From Azolla caroliniana (taxonomy: Eukaryota > Plantae > Polypodiophyta): a stretch of 64,000 bases of DNA. The DNA lies in NCBI GenBank assembly GCA_043228905.1, contig JBHGNT010000006.1, positions 15,686,001-15,750,000 of the forward strand, read 5' to 3'. The first letter of the stretch is position 1. The number at the start of each line of letters is the position of its first letter. The notes beneath the pieces were generated by a model that saw only the letters and a program-made list of their open reading frames with translations, was not told the DNA's origin and made no database searches. The position numbers and the translations under genes were made by a program. Positions 49,206 through 62,500 of the stretch are shown here, piece by piece.

Positions 49206-52200
49206 TGTCAGGAATAGTACTAAAGCAGAGATGGAATTAGTACTAAGAAGAGTAGTACTATTAGTACTAAGAGGACGGGACTGCATAAGATTCCCGAGAA
49301 AGAGAAAATGAGAAGAGTAGAGAGAGAGATAGGATGATGACAGCAACTCTTATATTATATGAAAGATAAGTACAAATCGGCTAAGAGGCTTAAGACTGGT
49401 GTTGAACCAATTTGGTTCAAAACAATGCCTTGTGCCTCCTTTTATAGTGTTTTTAGGAATAATCCTGAAGCTTCTAGAATGTTCAAGAGAGATCTGGAAT
49501 ATACATCAATTTTCTATGATAAAGCATAAATGAAAATAATATCCTACAAATTACAATTCATAGTCTAATGGTAAGAGCTCGACCCATGTAGCATAAGGTC
49601 ATGGGTTCGAGTCTTGCCATATCATGACACTATCTCCCCCTTAAAGACGACGAGTGGAACGAGTCGGCGCTAATTGCGGACCGGGTTTGTCCGGATATTT
49701 TCGGTGGAAATCAGCAAGAAGATCCTGTGCATTGGCAACATGCTCAACGGGTTCCCAAGTACGTTCGCTCGGACTATAACCGAGCCAATCGACCAAGTAA
49801 TAAAGTTTGTTGCGAACAAGTTTGGAATCGAGGATGGCAGCAACTTCATACTCCGGGCCGGCGTCCAACTCCAGCGGGGGCGGTGGTGGTGTCACACGAT
49901 CGGGAATGGTGTTTGATTTATAAGGTTCAAGAAGAGAACAATGGAAAACCGGATGTATCTGAAGCTGCGGAGGGAGATCAAGGCGGAAGGTGACATCATT
50001 AATCTTACCCGTAATACGGAAGGGACCGAGTCGTCGATAATCCAATTTGTCGCACGGTCGAGTAGTCTTGATGTGACGACGTAAGAGCCATACTCGATCT
50101 CCGATGGCAAAAGAGGAGGGAATCCGATGACGATTCGCATAAATCTTCTGTGTGTGTTGAGCATGACGAAGGTGAGTAGAGAGATCCATCTGGATCTTGC
50201 GTAGCCTCTCCAAATGATCCTCGGCACGAGGGTTGGTAGGTAGCTCCAGAGTGTCGATCACCGACCAGCGAGGATGGAAATCGGTATAAGCGAAAAATGG
50301 GGAGACCCGAGTCGAGGAGTGAATAGCATTATTATACGCAAACTCCGCAAAGTGGAGAATCTCGGCCCAATCGTCCTGTTGATAACTCAGGAAACACCGG
50401 AGATATTGCTCTAGCCTTTGGTTTGTTCGTTCCGCCTGCCCATCGGTCTGAGGATGGTAGCCGGAGGGGAGGTTGCAAGAGACCTTGAGCATCTTGAAGA
50501 GATGCTGCCAAAATTTGGAGACAAATTGCGGGCCTCGGTCACTGATAATACTGTCTGGGAGGCCATGATGCCGAAATACCTCACGCATAACAAGAGCGAC
50601 GGTTTCCTCTCTAGTGATGGCTTTCGTACACGGCACAAAATGTGCCATCTTCATATATCGATCGACGACGGTTAGGATAGCATCGAACCCCTTCGAGACC
50701 GGCAGATCTGTGATAAAATCAAGACAAATAGATTGCCACAGCTTACTTGGAATCGGTAAGGGTTCCAACAAGCCATATGGATGGTGTCGTGGCATCTTTG
50801 CTCGGCAGCAAGCATCACAGGTCCGAACGTAGTCGTCGACAAAACGGCGCATGTGGGGCCACCAAAAAGATCGCTGCACTAGCTCCAACGTCTTAGTACT
50901 ACCAAAATGTCCCACCGTATGGGTGTCGTGACAATGTTGGACGATTTGAAGGCGACAGGAGCAATCGGGGACATATACGCGCTTTCTAAAGAATAACAAA
51001 CCATCATGATATTCGAATTGTCGGTAGTCAATACCTGGTTGTTGAGACTGAGAACAGGATGCCCGAGAAGTATCAATGTGCGCCAGGATGTCTTGAGCAA
51101 AACTATCCTTCTTCAAGGTTGCACGTATGTCATCGGTAATCCGTGAATCCATCGGGGTGTGAAAAATCTGCGTCGTGTGCAATCGTGTTGGTCCCAAGAT
51201 TACTTGCTTTTGATTATCAAATGTTGCGTCCCAGGCCGAGGTGCAAGATATGAACGCCGTGATAGTGCATCTGCTTTTCCTTGCTGCTTCCCCGGTCGAT
51301 ATGTGATTTTGAAGTCGAAACGCGTGAGAAATTGTGCCCACCGAGCTTGACGTTGATTTAGTACGCGAGCGTTTTGAAAATAAGCTAGATTTTTATGATC
51401 GCTAAAGACAATGACCTGATGTGGAGAGCCCTCTAAGAAATGCCGCCATTGTACAAATGAATCCACGATGGCTAATAACTGCTTGTCATGTATTTCGTAG
51501 TTGATTTTTGCGACATCGAATTTGCGCGAATGGAAAGCCACCGGATGCAACTCTTCTTTATCGCCTTGTTGAGAAAGGATGCTACCGAGGGCGAAATCTG
51601 ATGCGTCGGCCTCCATGATGAATGGTTTGCTTGTATCCACATGAGCTAGAATCGGTGCTGATGTAAAGGCTTTCTTAAGATGCCAAAAAGCCATATCTGC
51701 TTCTATGGACCAAAGAAATGCTTGGCCCTTCTTCATAAGTTGTGTGAGAGGTAAAATAATCTTCGAGTAATCCTGTATAAACTTACGGTAGAAATTAGCA
51801 AAACCTAGAAAACATTGTACATCTCGTACCGACCGTGGAATTTGCCACTCTAGTACAGTTTGGATTTTAGCTGGATCCATGGCGATGCCCTTTGAGGAGA
51901 TGACGTAGCCTAGAAATTCCACTTGCTTGCAGTCAAAGCTACATTTTTCTAGCTTGGCATAAAGACCATTCTCGCGGAGTCGCTTTAGTACTAATAGTAC
52001 ATGAGAATCGTGCTCTTCCTGGGTCTTCGAATAGATCAATAGATCATCCAGATAAATGATCAAGCAAATATCCAAGAGGTCTCTGAATATATCATTTGCC
52101 ATGTGTTGGAAGACTGCGGGTGCATTGGTTAGGCCAAACGGCATAACAATATACTCGAAATGCCCATACCGCGTGCGAAAGGCCGTCTTCCACTCATCTC

Positions 52201-54865
52201 CCGGTCGGATCCACACGAGGTTATACGCTCCTCGTAGATCGATTTTAGTAAAAAACTTGGCACCATTAACTCGCTCTGAAAGACTTGATATAAGAGGAAG
52301 TGCATACCTATTCCGGATGGTGACTTTATTCAATCCGCGGTAATCAACGACAAGACGAAGTGAGCCATCTTTCTTCTTGACAAAGAAGATGGGTGCACCG
52401 GCCGGAGATTTCGAATGGCGGATGAACCCGCTTGCCAAGTTCTCCTCTATGTAGGCTCGAAGGACTTCTAACTCGGTGGGTGACAAGTTGTAAATTGGTC
52501 CCCATGGTGGCTCGGTTCCTGGTTGTAAATCGATGGGACAATCATAGGGACGGTGATGAGGAAGGGTACCGGCTTTTACCTTGTCAAATACATCGGCATA
52601 AGGATGATATTTTGCTGGAAGTTGTACTGAGGAGTCCTTCTTAATAGTGCTGGAAGGATGTACTGATATTGCAAATAGGAACATTGCCTCCTTGGGTCCT
52701 TCTTCGTGTAGTTGATTGGAGTGAAATGGTCGAAACTTGGTGAGTTGATTCTTGGGGTGGTCAATATCGGACTTCACTTGTTCTCCAATCTATTGTTGGA
52801 TTATGTAATTCAAACTAAGGTAATCCTAGGACAATGGGATGCTCTGGACTACTAATTATATTAAATGACATTACACACACAAAACTACCTAGGACAACTT
52901 GAATGGGTTCTGATTCTTCTACAATATTCCCGGAAGCAATGGGACGACCATCAATGAGTACTACAGATGCGGGACAAGGAAGTTTTCTTAAGGATATTTG
53001 AGAAGCTTGGGCAAAATTTCGATCCATGAAACAGGAATTAGCTCCGGAATCTAAAAGTGCTAGGACGGGTACTGGGGGAGTACTTTTAGTACTAACAATG
53101 ACTTGGGCTAGGAACACATTGCTAACTTGCTTGGAAGGAATGGAACCACTAATGGGCTGTACAGATCTAGGGCTGCTGTCCAACCAAACGGCTCCTATTT
53201 TGGCTGGACTCAATCGTTTAACTCTTCATCTAATTGACTAAGGATTTCAAATTTATTTGAGATACTTGGGCTATTAGTACTATGAATACTATCAAACACT
53301 CTATTAGTACTATTAATACTATCAAACACTCCTAAGGGAAGAATTGACTCGGGTTTAGTACAGGCTACAATTTGATTTACCTGTCTTCTTGGCCTATGGG
53401 GACAATTGATTGCAATATGCCCTGGTCCACCGCAATAAAGACATAATCGATTTGCACGTCGTCGTTGCTTTTCTTCTTCCGATAATGGGCCACGTCAACA
53501 CATGGTATCGATCTCCATCGGTGTCGAAGTATTTGCTTGAGGTATGTCTCGTGCAAACGGTCTAGCCGCGACTGGGGCGTAAGTGGGCTCCGGCCTAGCG
53601 CGTGGTATCTGTAATTGACGTTCCGAACGCCGTTCGAAGAGGCGGTTGTCACATCGGACCGCTCGACTGATTGCCTCCGTAAGAGACTTTGGTTCTTCGG
53701 AGAAGGTTAGAAGTAGATCTTTGACATCATTTCGCAGGCCATAGCGAAACTGCTCCATTAGTGCTTGATCATCCCAGGGTATGTCGGAAGCGAGTAAGCG
53801 GAAATCCGCCGCGTAGGCAGAGGCTGGACGATCGCCTTGACGCAATCTCCGGATCTTGTTGATCGCCGTCCTGATGCTGTCAGTGTCTCTAAAGCAGGCT
53901 TTGAACTCACTAATAAAATCTTCAAAGTTATTAAGCAAGGGCGATTGTTTTTCTAGAAGCGGAGCAAACCATGCTAAGGCTGAGCCGCTAAGCAACGTGC
54001 CTATTAAACCGACTCGGGATGCATCAGTGGGGTATCGGGAAGGATGCATTTGGAGGACCAATCGTACCTGATTAAGGAATCCCCTGAATTGCGATCGCGT
54101 TCCATCAAATTTCACAGGAAGTCCAATCTTCGGCTCTTTATGAAATCCTTGGGGACTTGATCCTTGTTGTTGCAATGCCGCTTCGAGTTGTTGCACCTGT
54201 AATGCTAACTCCCCATGTTGTTGCTGCGTTTGTTGCTTTTCTAGAGCGATTTGTTGCAGATCCCCTATTAGCCGTTGGTTTTCTTGTTACAGGGCAACAA
54301 ACTTTTCTTTTAGGCACTGTAACTCGGAGAAAACAGATTGATATTCTTGGGCGCTAACAGTAGCCATAGTAGAGGGAAAAGGGTAGGAGGATGAGGGAGA
54401 ACGACAAGTAGGCTGGAGGAAAGAGGAAAATTGGTTCAAACGGTCAGGAATAGTACTAAAGCAGAGATAGAATTAGTACTAAGAAGAGTAGTACTATTAG
54501 TACTAAGAGGACGGGACTGCGTAAGATTCCCGAGAGAGAGAAAATGAGAAGAGTAGAGAGAGAGATAGGATGATGACAACAGTTCTTATATTATATGAAA
54601 GATAAGTACAAATCGGCTAAGAGGCTTAAGATTGGTGTTGAACCAATTTGGTTCAAAACAATGCCTTGTGCCTCCTTTTATAGTGTTTTTAGGAATAATC
54701 CTGAAGCTTCTAGAATGTTCCAGAGAGATCTGGAATATACATCAATTTTCTATGATAAAGCATAAATGAAAATAATATCCTACAAATTACAATTCATAGT
54801 CTAATGGTAAGAGCTCGACCCATGTAGCATAAGGTCATGGGTTCGAGTCTTGCCATATCATGACA
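49206..54865 (-). mobile_element. Tcn1/Tf1-sushi-like chromoviral Gypsy nested in the previous element; 424-bp LTRs 49206-49629 and 54442-54865; TSD TCAGC/TCAGT
   Basis: LTR pair with about 9 differences by eye; PPT aagggggagatag 49630-49642; gag 54367-53210 with [14 protein letters not shown]; LLDSGANSCF; YLDDLLIY; ADASDFALG; integrase; group I chromodomain EYEVAAILDS..YLVDWLGY..TWEP. Confidence 0.93.
49641..53213 (-). pseudogene. pol: pol (PR-RT-RH-INT-chromodomain) of the Tcn1-like element, with stops and frameshifts
   Basis: ORFs 52815-53213, 51200-52777 and 49641-51341. Confidence 0.92.
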
Positions 54866-57800
54866 TCAGTCCTACATTACCGCAGTGAGGATGGAAACAA
54901 AGGTTATTGATGATGGTTCGGCTTTCGCGAGAATCAAGAGTCAAGATGGAAGAAAGACTGTCCAATTCTTAACTGTGAGCCCCAACCATGAAAGAAACAA
55001 AGAATGCTTGAGGGAACATCCAATTCAAGAGATGGATGACTAAAAGTAAATAATAATAAAATACAAAATGCTTTCGAGTACTTTTAAGTGTTCTGGATTA
55101 ATAGAGGATGATGAAGAAATTCAGGATATGTTTGAAGAATTAAGTTTTGAAGATACAATAACTCATTTGGAAGCAATTGAAGAAGACAATGAAATCCAAG
55201 TTCGTGTCCATTCAATCAAGATGTACGAGGTCATTGAAGAAGTTGCTCGAAAGGATCATGAAGCACATGTACTAACAAAATACAAGACAGTGGAGAAGAA
55301 GGTTCGTCCTATTGCTGCTCCACTTCCAAGGGATAGTGGAAAGGCAATCAAAGAAGCAGCTACAGAGCCAATGATCAGAGACCCACAAAAGGTAGGACAT
55401 GTGTTTACTCCGGAAACAATACAAGGGATAAAAATAGGAGGGGGTGACTTCCTATTACCCGCTGAAGAAAAGTAGTTCAGGGAGATGTTAAAAAGGCATG
55501 GAAAGGCATTCGCATTCCAACCGGAGGAAATAGGGTGTGTGGATCCAGAAATTGTGGAGCCCATGGTTATATTCACTATCCCTCATATTCCATGGAACTT
55601 TAAGCCAATACCCATGGGCTAGAATCCCTCAACTATTAGAACTTTTGAAAGAAAAGATAAGGATGGGTATCTTGGAACCATCGAACGCTCCTTACTCGAG
55701 TCGATGGTTCACTGTGTTAAAGAAAGATGGGCGACTCCGATTTATCCAAGATATGCAACCCGTGAATAAGGTAACAATCCGAAACTCGGGAGTAGGGCCA
55801 ATTGTGGATGAGTTTGCTAAGATGTTTGCAGGAAGAGCTATATATTCAATGGGAGACCTTTATTCCGGGTATGATCAATTTCAACTTGCTATCAAAAGTC
55901 GAGATATAACTTCTATCAAGACACCTATAGGGTTAGTACAGATGTGCACCTTGCTGCAAGGAGTGACCCACTCAGTGGCGCATATGATGAATGGAATGAA
56001 CAAGGTACTTCGTGATTTTATTCCTCATATTACAATGCCTTTTCTAGATGATGTTCCAATTAAGGGATGCAAGGAGGAAGAGAAGAACGAGGAATTGGAC
56101 GAAAGTGGTTGCCGTCAATTTGTTGTTGATCATATCAAGGATTGTGAGAAGGTGCTATCAAGGATGGAAGAAGTGCATTTGATCTTATCAGGTGTGAAGT
56201 CAATATTTGGGGCAAAAGAGATATTAATAGTTGGTCTTATGTGTGGCCCATACGGGAGAAAGCCATTCCCAACCAAGGTCAATGCAATTCAAACTATGCA
56301 AGAGGAATGTACATCCGTCTCAGAAGTACGAAGGTTTCTCGGGGTATGTGTTTTTTACTGTAAATGGATTCCACATTATGCCCATTTATCTGAACCTTTA
56401 TATAGACTCCTAAGAAAAGGAGAGATATTTGAATGTAGTGAAGAGCATTCAGAGGCAATGAAGAAATTGAAGTACTACTTAGCACAAGCTCCACCATTAA
56501 AGCAACCTGACTACACCCGACCCATATATCTCACAATAGACTCTAGTCCCATTGGAATTGGATGGGTGATAAGCCAACAAGATGGGGAAGAAAGGTATCT
56601 AGTCCGATTCGGAGCAAAGGTTCTTAGTGGTCGACAAAGAAAATATGCACAGGTGAAAAGAGAGCTATGGGGGATAGTAACAGCAGTAAAGACAGACAGA
56701 GATTACTTAATTGGTGCTGAAGTAATAATAGAAACAGATTGTTTGCCTATTCTTGGTATCATAGCTAATTGTGATATTCCAGATCAAGCCATGTTAAGAT
56801 GGTGTATCTATATTAGATCAGTCAAACCTGAAGTTCGACATATCTCTGGGAATAGAAATGCAGTAGCAGATATGTTATCAAGAGCAAGGTATGAGGAAGA
56901 GGAGATTCCAGACTCGGACGATGAGGACAAAGAACAGACATTCCTTACCACAAGCATTACCCGGGAAGGAGGAATGCAGAATTAATTAGTAGGGAAGATT
57001 TACTTGCGGTTCGAATACGACAACTTCAATCAAGGACAGAAGACATAGAAAAAGCAGCTACTAGATTGAAAGAGGCAAGAATCAAGAATAAGGACAGATT
57101 TGACAAGATGAAAAGAATACGACCAAGAAAGGTGCAAGAGGGAGATTGGGTATTAGTATATGATAATAACCTAGATAATCAATACAATACTATTCGGAAG
57201 TTTGCAAAAAGATGGTTTGGACCTTATGAAGTTAGGAAAATAACAGATAAAGCCACATATTTCCTCAATGAATTAGATGGGATAGAAATTTGTATCCCAA
57301 TTGCAGGAAAAAGGATTAAAATATTTAAAAGGAGGGCGTCATTAGAGCCTGAAATTTTATGAAGAAGTAGAAGAACTAAAAGAATTGGAAGAAGTGTTGG
57401 ATGAACTCTGTACAACCAATGTGCAAGTTCAAAGGGGGTGGGTGTCGTGAAGAATGTGCTTCACGATATAAAAATGAGCTTAAATGTTGTATTTAATAAT
57501 ATTTGAGAGACTTGAACCCACATCCTTATATACAATGTACAATGTACGTACCACTAGGCTAGGCTATTTATTTGTAAAAGTGTGTAATAAATGTGCTTCA
57601 TGATATAAGAATGACGCTATATATTGTATTAAGTAAAATTGAGGGACTTGAACCCTCAACCTTGTATACCAAGCACCAAGCATACACCACTAAGCTAGGT
57701 TAGTTATTTTAGAATGCATTTTCATCATTATACTTATCCCATATCTATTTTCATACATAGCCATCATTCATCACATGCAATGCATGTGCGCCAAATGGTG

Positions 57801-58212
57801 ATCATGCATTACATGTAACTCATGCATTGCATGCACGCCATGCTCCCATACATTACCATATGCATGGCAACACTTATATAAAGAGGGGAAAGGGAAAACA
57901 AGGGAAGGAAGGAGAAGAGAGAGTGAGAAAATAATACAATCAAGTAAAGAAGACTAGCTCATTGGGTAGAGAACCTCTCGTTTCGAAGTTGAGGTCGTGG
58001 GTTCAAATCAAGGGTCGATAGAGAATGTGTTCAGTTTGCAATCAAGGATTGTAAAGTTGGTAAAATATTATACTTTTAATAGACATTGAATGTTTATATC
58101 ATATACTCTTGTTCCTTGAATCATACTTTGTCTCAATCTTCTTTCTAGAATCATACTTTGTCTCAATCTTCTTTCTTGAATCATACATTGTCTCTATCTT
58201 TTATCTATGCTC

Positions 58213-58255
<43 letters not shown>

Positions 58256-59622
58256 GCACACATTACTCGTAACTCTTCTTCTTACTATCCTTAACCATTC
58301 TATCATCACCATACAAGCCTTATTAAAAGTTAAGTTTCTTCAACTCCCCTTAACCTTAGTCCCCGCGACTTCGCCGCACGAACCACAACTACCCCGACAA
58401 CGTGTAATTTTTGTGCACAGAGCGCTTTCGTAATAGAATACTATCTTCTCTAAGTTCTGTGCATATCTGTGGTTTTTTCATCTATTGTGTTCTTTGTTCT
58501 TTGTTGCATACTGTTAATTGTAAGGGTGTAGGCGTAAGTGCAGATACTAGTGCACTTCCCAAGGAGCTCAGTTGTAGCCGTCTCCCTTATACGCTGTTAG
58601 GATACGAGGGAGTATCCCATTACATATTACGGTGCAACGGTACCATTCCTTGCAACATATTCACCTTGAAGTCTACGTCGAAGGACTGACCATAGATAGT
58701 GTTCCTAATCGGTAACACGTTTCGCACGCTTGGTGATCTGTGTCTTCTCGCAAACGAACAACGATGAATAGATGTTTAGTCGTAGACGACCCAAAGAACC
58801 GACACGACAAGACCGACCAATCACAAGGTCCATCACACGCTAGGCGGAGGAACGCGTAAGGCAAAAACCTGGCCTCAGTGATATCAGTCGGGTCCACAAA
58901 GTCGACTTCCCACTGACCAAACACCGCGGTGACACGCAAGAAGTTCTGTCACCACACAACTACTGTGGTCTTCCCCTGCCCGTCGTAGCATCCATCATGG
59001 CCTTCTCCTATCCCCGTTTCAATGGCGAAATAGACACCGCAACCCACATTCGCCTGTTCCTGAATGTTTGGAATGCGAATCACATGGCGTAGAGACTTCC
59101 AGAAGAGGTAGCGCACCAGTCCAAAATGACAGAATTTGGATTAACTCTTGATGGTAGAGCTGCCTTTTGGCATTCGCAAATGAATCTGCCAACAGTTACG
59201 ACCTTCGCGCAGTTGCAGTCGGCCTTTCTGCATTTCTTTCATTGGAGGGTGCCGCAACGCGAAATCCTCGGGCAATTCTATACAATCAAACAGTTGCCAA
59301 CCGAGACTGTCGCAGACTTTAGTTTATGGGTCGAAGCATGCTACGGTGTACCAGAAAAGTACTGTTTTTGTCACAAAAATTGTCAATACTTTCAATACTG
59401 TTAGTACTGAATAATCCAGAAAAAAAATTAGAGAAAAAGAAAATCGATTTTGGAGAGTGGGGTGACTGTAGTACAAGTGTCATTTACTGTAGAAGGAGTG
59501 GGGGGAACACGTGAGGAGATGTTCTTCCATTTTGGGGGCTATTTTCCCCTCACGTCGATTTTGGCGCTTCCCCTCATACTGCTCTTCCTCTATCCCTCTG
59601 AGCTTTTCATCACAGACATCCA

Positions 59623-62081
59623 TGTCACGTTTCTGATTTTCCTTCAATCTAAATTGTTACCGGCCGGCAAGGAGTCCAAAATACGGAGTGAAGGAATTAA
59701 TTAAGTATGGTTGTAAATAAGCGTAGTGTGGACGGACGGACTGGAAACGGTATGCCGTTCCAGATCCGGACGGATCCCGAATGGGTGCGAGAGGCACCGT
59801 TTTGTACTACGGGCCGGAAACCTATTTAAAGGCCCGGACCCCATTGTAATCACAGCGGATAATTAATAGAGCATATGGTGTTTATACTTCTGGGTTCATT
59901 TCCGTTCTGTACTTACTTTTATATCTTACGCGTGTAATTAACCAAAGCACTCTAATCGTGTAACCTACGTAAGTCGTGTAACCTACGTAAGCCGTAATCA
60001 CCCTTTGGTGAAGTGTCTCCGTGACACCTTGTGTTAGGCCTTGTCCGGCTAGCGAATAACACAGTTTTGGCGACCACGATTCCTGCTTTCTCGCAGCGAA
60101 CGACGGTAATGGATGACTAGACCAACACACGACCTGGTTACAGACCGAGCTCGACGCCTCGCCGAACGGCAAAGACGGCGTGAGACTTTCCAGCAAGCAG
60201 CGCACGAAATTCGCTCGGATCGTTCGTTCTCCAACGAGATCCGGAGAGTCGCGGAGGAATTTCTTCGGTTACAGCAAACTCGCGACCAGGACGACGGAAG
60301 CAGTCTAAGTAGTCTCCGGGAAACCGAACGCCTCCTGGAGGCGCTGGCAAGCGGAGAAAACGAGGCAGAAGCCTTTTCAGCCTACGAATCGGATTCCGAA
60401 GGGGGATACAGCGTGCACACGAACTACCGGAGCAGCAACGATACCCCCGGCTGCCCGGAGGACGACGGGTCGGATACCGTGCCGACTCCAGAACCGGAAC
60501 CACAAACGGAAGTCGTCAACCCACCAACACCGGAAGTGGAAGAAGCAAAGCCACCGACACCAACGAAAGAGCCGGCAAAGGTACCGGAAGACGAGCCGGT
60601 GAAAGAACCGGAAAAAGAACCGGAAGAGGAACCGGAAAAAGCACCGGCAAAACAACCGGAAGTGGAACCGGAGAGGAAACCGGAAAGATATCAACAGACG
60701 CCACTAAACCGCGGCCTAATTCTGGACGACGACATGCCGTTCCAATACTCAAAGTATCGCGATGATCCGGACGCGGAAGCGCATGTTCATGCCTTCGAGC
60801 AGACATGGGAAGCAAATCACACGTCCCAGCGAATGACACCGGAGGAAGAAGAACGCTCGAAGATAGCGGAGTTCGGGGTCACGTTGGAAGGACCAGCGAC
60901 ACGATGGCGGCGGACGCAGGACCCGGCGACCATCACAACCTTTGCAGAATTAAAAGCAAAATTCTTGCATTTTTTCCACAAGGAGGTCGACCAGACGACA
61001 ATGGTGGGCCTATTTTATACGATCCGACAGGAGGCAGGGGAAAGCATTCCCCAATTCGTCATCCGTTTCCAACGAATGCATAGCCAGCTTGCCCGTGCAC
61101 CCCCGGAGGAGGAATTACGGACGATATTTTTAAACGCACTCCGGGAACCGTTACGCACGGTGTGTACGGTAATCGACTTTCGCGGAAGCACCATTGACCA
61201 GGTCATTGACCGGGTCAGAGAAATGGAAAAGTCAAGCTCATGGCTTACACTGGGAACACTGCAACGGGCGTTACCCACCGAGGAAGATCTCCGGTTCCGG
61301 CAGGCAATTCAATGCACAATCTGCTTGAATGCCGGACACTCGGCAGTGGAATGCACCATGCGAACCCAGTGTGTGATTTGTCAATCCAAGAGTCATACAA
61401 CGGACCGGTGCGAGTATAACCTGTTAAACCGACAAGCACCACCCGTCCGACGGATCGAGCCAAGAAGCAGCCGAGACGAAGACGACGATCGCTGGCAAAA
61501 AATGAACCGGTACCGACCGGCACAGGATGTCCGGTACGGAGACAGACAAGAGAATGATGGCCGGTACGGGAATCGACATGATAACTACGACCGGTATGAG
61601 CGATCGGACCGCTATCGGGAGCCCAACAGACGACACGAGCAATACGACAGAGACCATTCCCCTGGTTACCGAAGGCACCAGGAGGACTACGGCCGATTTT
61701 ACGATCCACCACGACCGGACTACCGAAATAAAAATAAGAATAATAAGAAACGGAATTTCAAGAAAGGTGGTCACACTAGGGACCCGGAACATGGAACCCC
61801 AAGGAGCCAACCAGCACAGAACGCACCACTCACTACGGGACCGACTCCGACTACCAGCAATGCTGAATCCAGCAATACCCGTAAAGAGTACTGCTACTAC
61901 TGCAGGCAGGAAGGCCACTACAATAACCAGTGCCCGGTAAAGAGCTACGAGAAACGACCAGCAGTTAATATGGTGGTTCCGGAAGTGGCGGATATACAGC
62001 AAGTCACCACACGGTCGAAAGGCATGGCCAAAGAGTGGGAAACACAAGAGGCCATACACCTTGTCCGGCTAGCGAATAACA
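59623..62081 (+). mobile_element. Internally deleted Gypsy: LTR 59623-~60061, tRNA-Arg-like PBS TGGCGACCAC 60068-60077, gag, then only the last ~25 bp of the 3' LTR
   Basis: ccttgtccggctagcgaataaca occurs at 60039-60061 and again at 62059-62081; TATA-like tatttaaa at ~59823; no clean TSD seen. Confidence 0.75.
60113..62056 (+). CDS. gag: Gypsy gag with Pro/Glu-rich spacer, capsid domain and three CCHC knuckles (ORF reads on through the deletion junction to 62212)
   Basis: IRQEAGESIPQFVIRF capsid motif; CTICLNAGHSAVEC, CVICQSKSHTTDRC, CYYCRQEGHYNNQC. Confidence 0.85.
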
Positions 62082-62500
62082 TAAATCTCAGACATCCATG
62101 TCTGGTTGGAGAGTTTGAGTTGAGGATTTCTGATTTTTTTAGGGTTTCTGTTTTTGTTAGGTTTAGGTTGAGGTACAGAGACTGTTCTGAGGGTTTAGGT
62201 AGCAGCCAATAGTCACTTCTTCGACAACGACTTTCTTACTTCCACTGATTGCAGTTGATGTAGTGGTGATTTGGGGCTTTTTCCACCAAATCGAGGCGGC
62301 ATTGGAGGTTCCTTCCACCAAATCGAGGCGGCATATCCAACGCTCACTCCACCATTGGAGGTTCCTTCCATCCATTTTTTTATTTTCAGTACTAAAATGT
62401 TTCATTTCTTCATACTTCAGTACTAAATTTTTAGAATTGGCATTTGTCATATTTGATATGTAATTCTAATGTTTGAAACAAAATATTTCTCACTTTGCAG

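Larger units (their letters stand above)
46279..58399 (+). mobile_element. Non-chromoviral Gypsy retrotransposon (LTRs 46279-47242 and 57443-58399; tRNA-Trp PBS 47247-47263; PPT 57431-57442), degenerate, integrase core deleted
   Basis: ~960-bp TG...CA LTR pair; PBS TGGTGAACCGGACGTG (one mismatch to the tRNA-Trp 3' complement); gag from 47282, protease LIDHGSEINMM, RT FLDDVP, RNaseH IDSSPIGIG; possible 4-bp TSD gcgt/acgt. Confidence 0.9.
46122..59335 (+). mobile_element. Gypsy 5' LTR (46122-46278 + 58404-58657, TGTTGC...GCAACA) split by a later insertion, followed by a gag remnant 58997-~59330
   Basis: Inverted terminal hexamers and a TATA at ~46242. MAFSYPRFNGEIDTATHIRLFLNVWNANH.. is homologous to ORF 60113. 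Confidence 0.6.

Noticed and set aside
61424-62059. 211-aa antisense ORF and other ORFs opposite gag/pol genes
   Set aside because: These are shadow frames of the retroelement coding strand.
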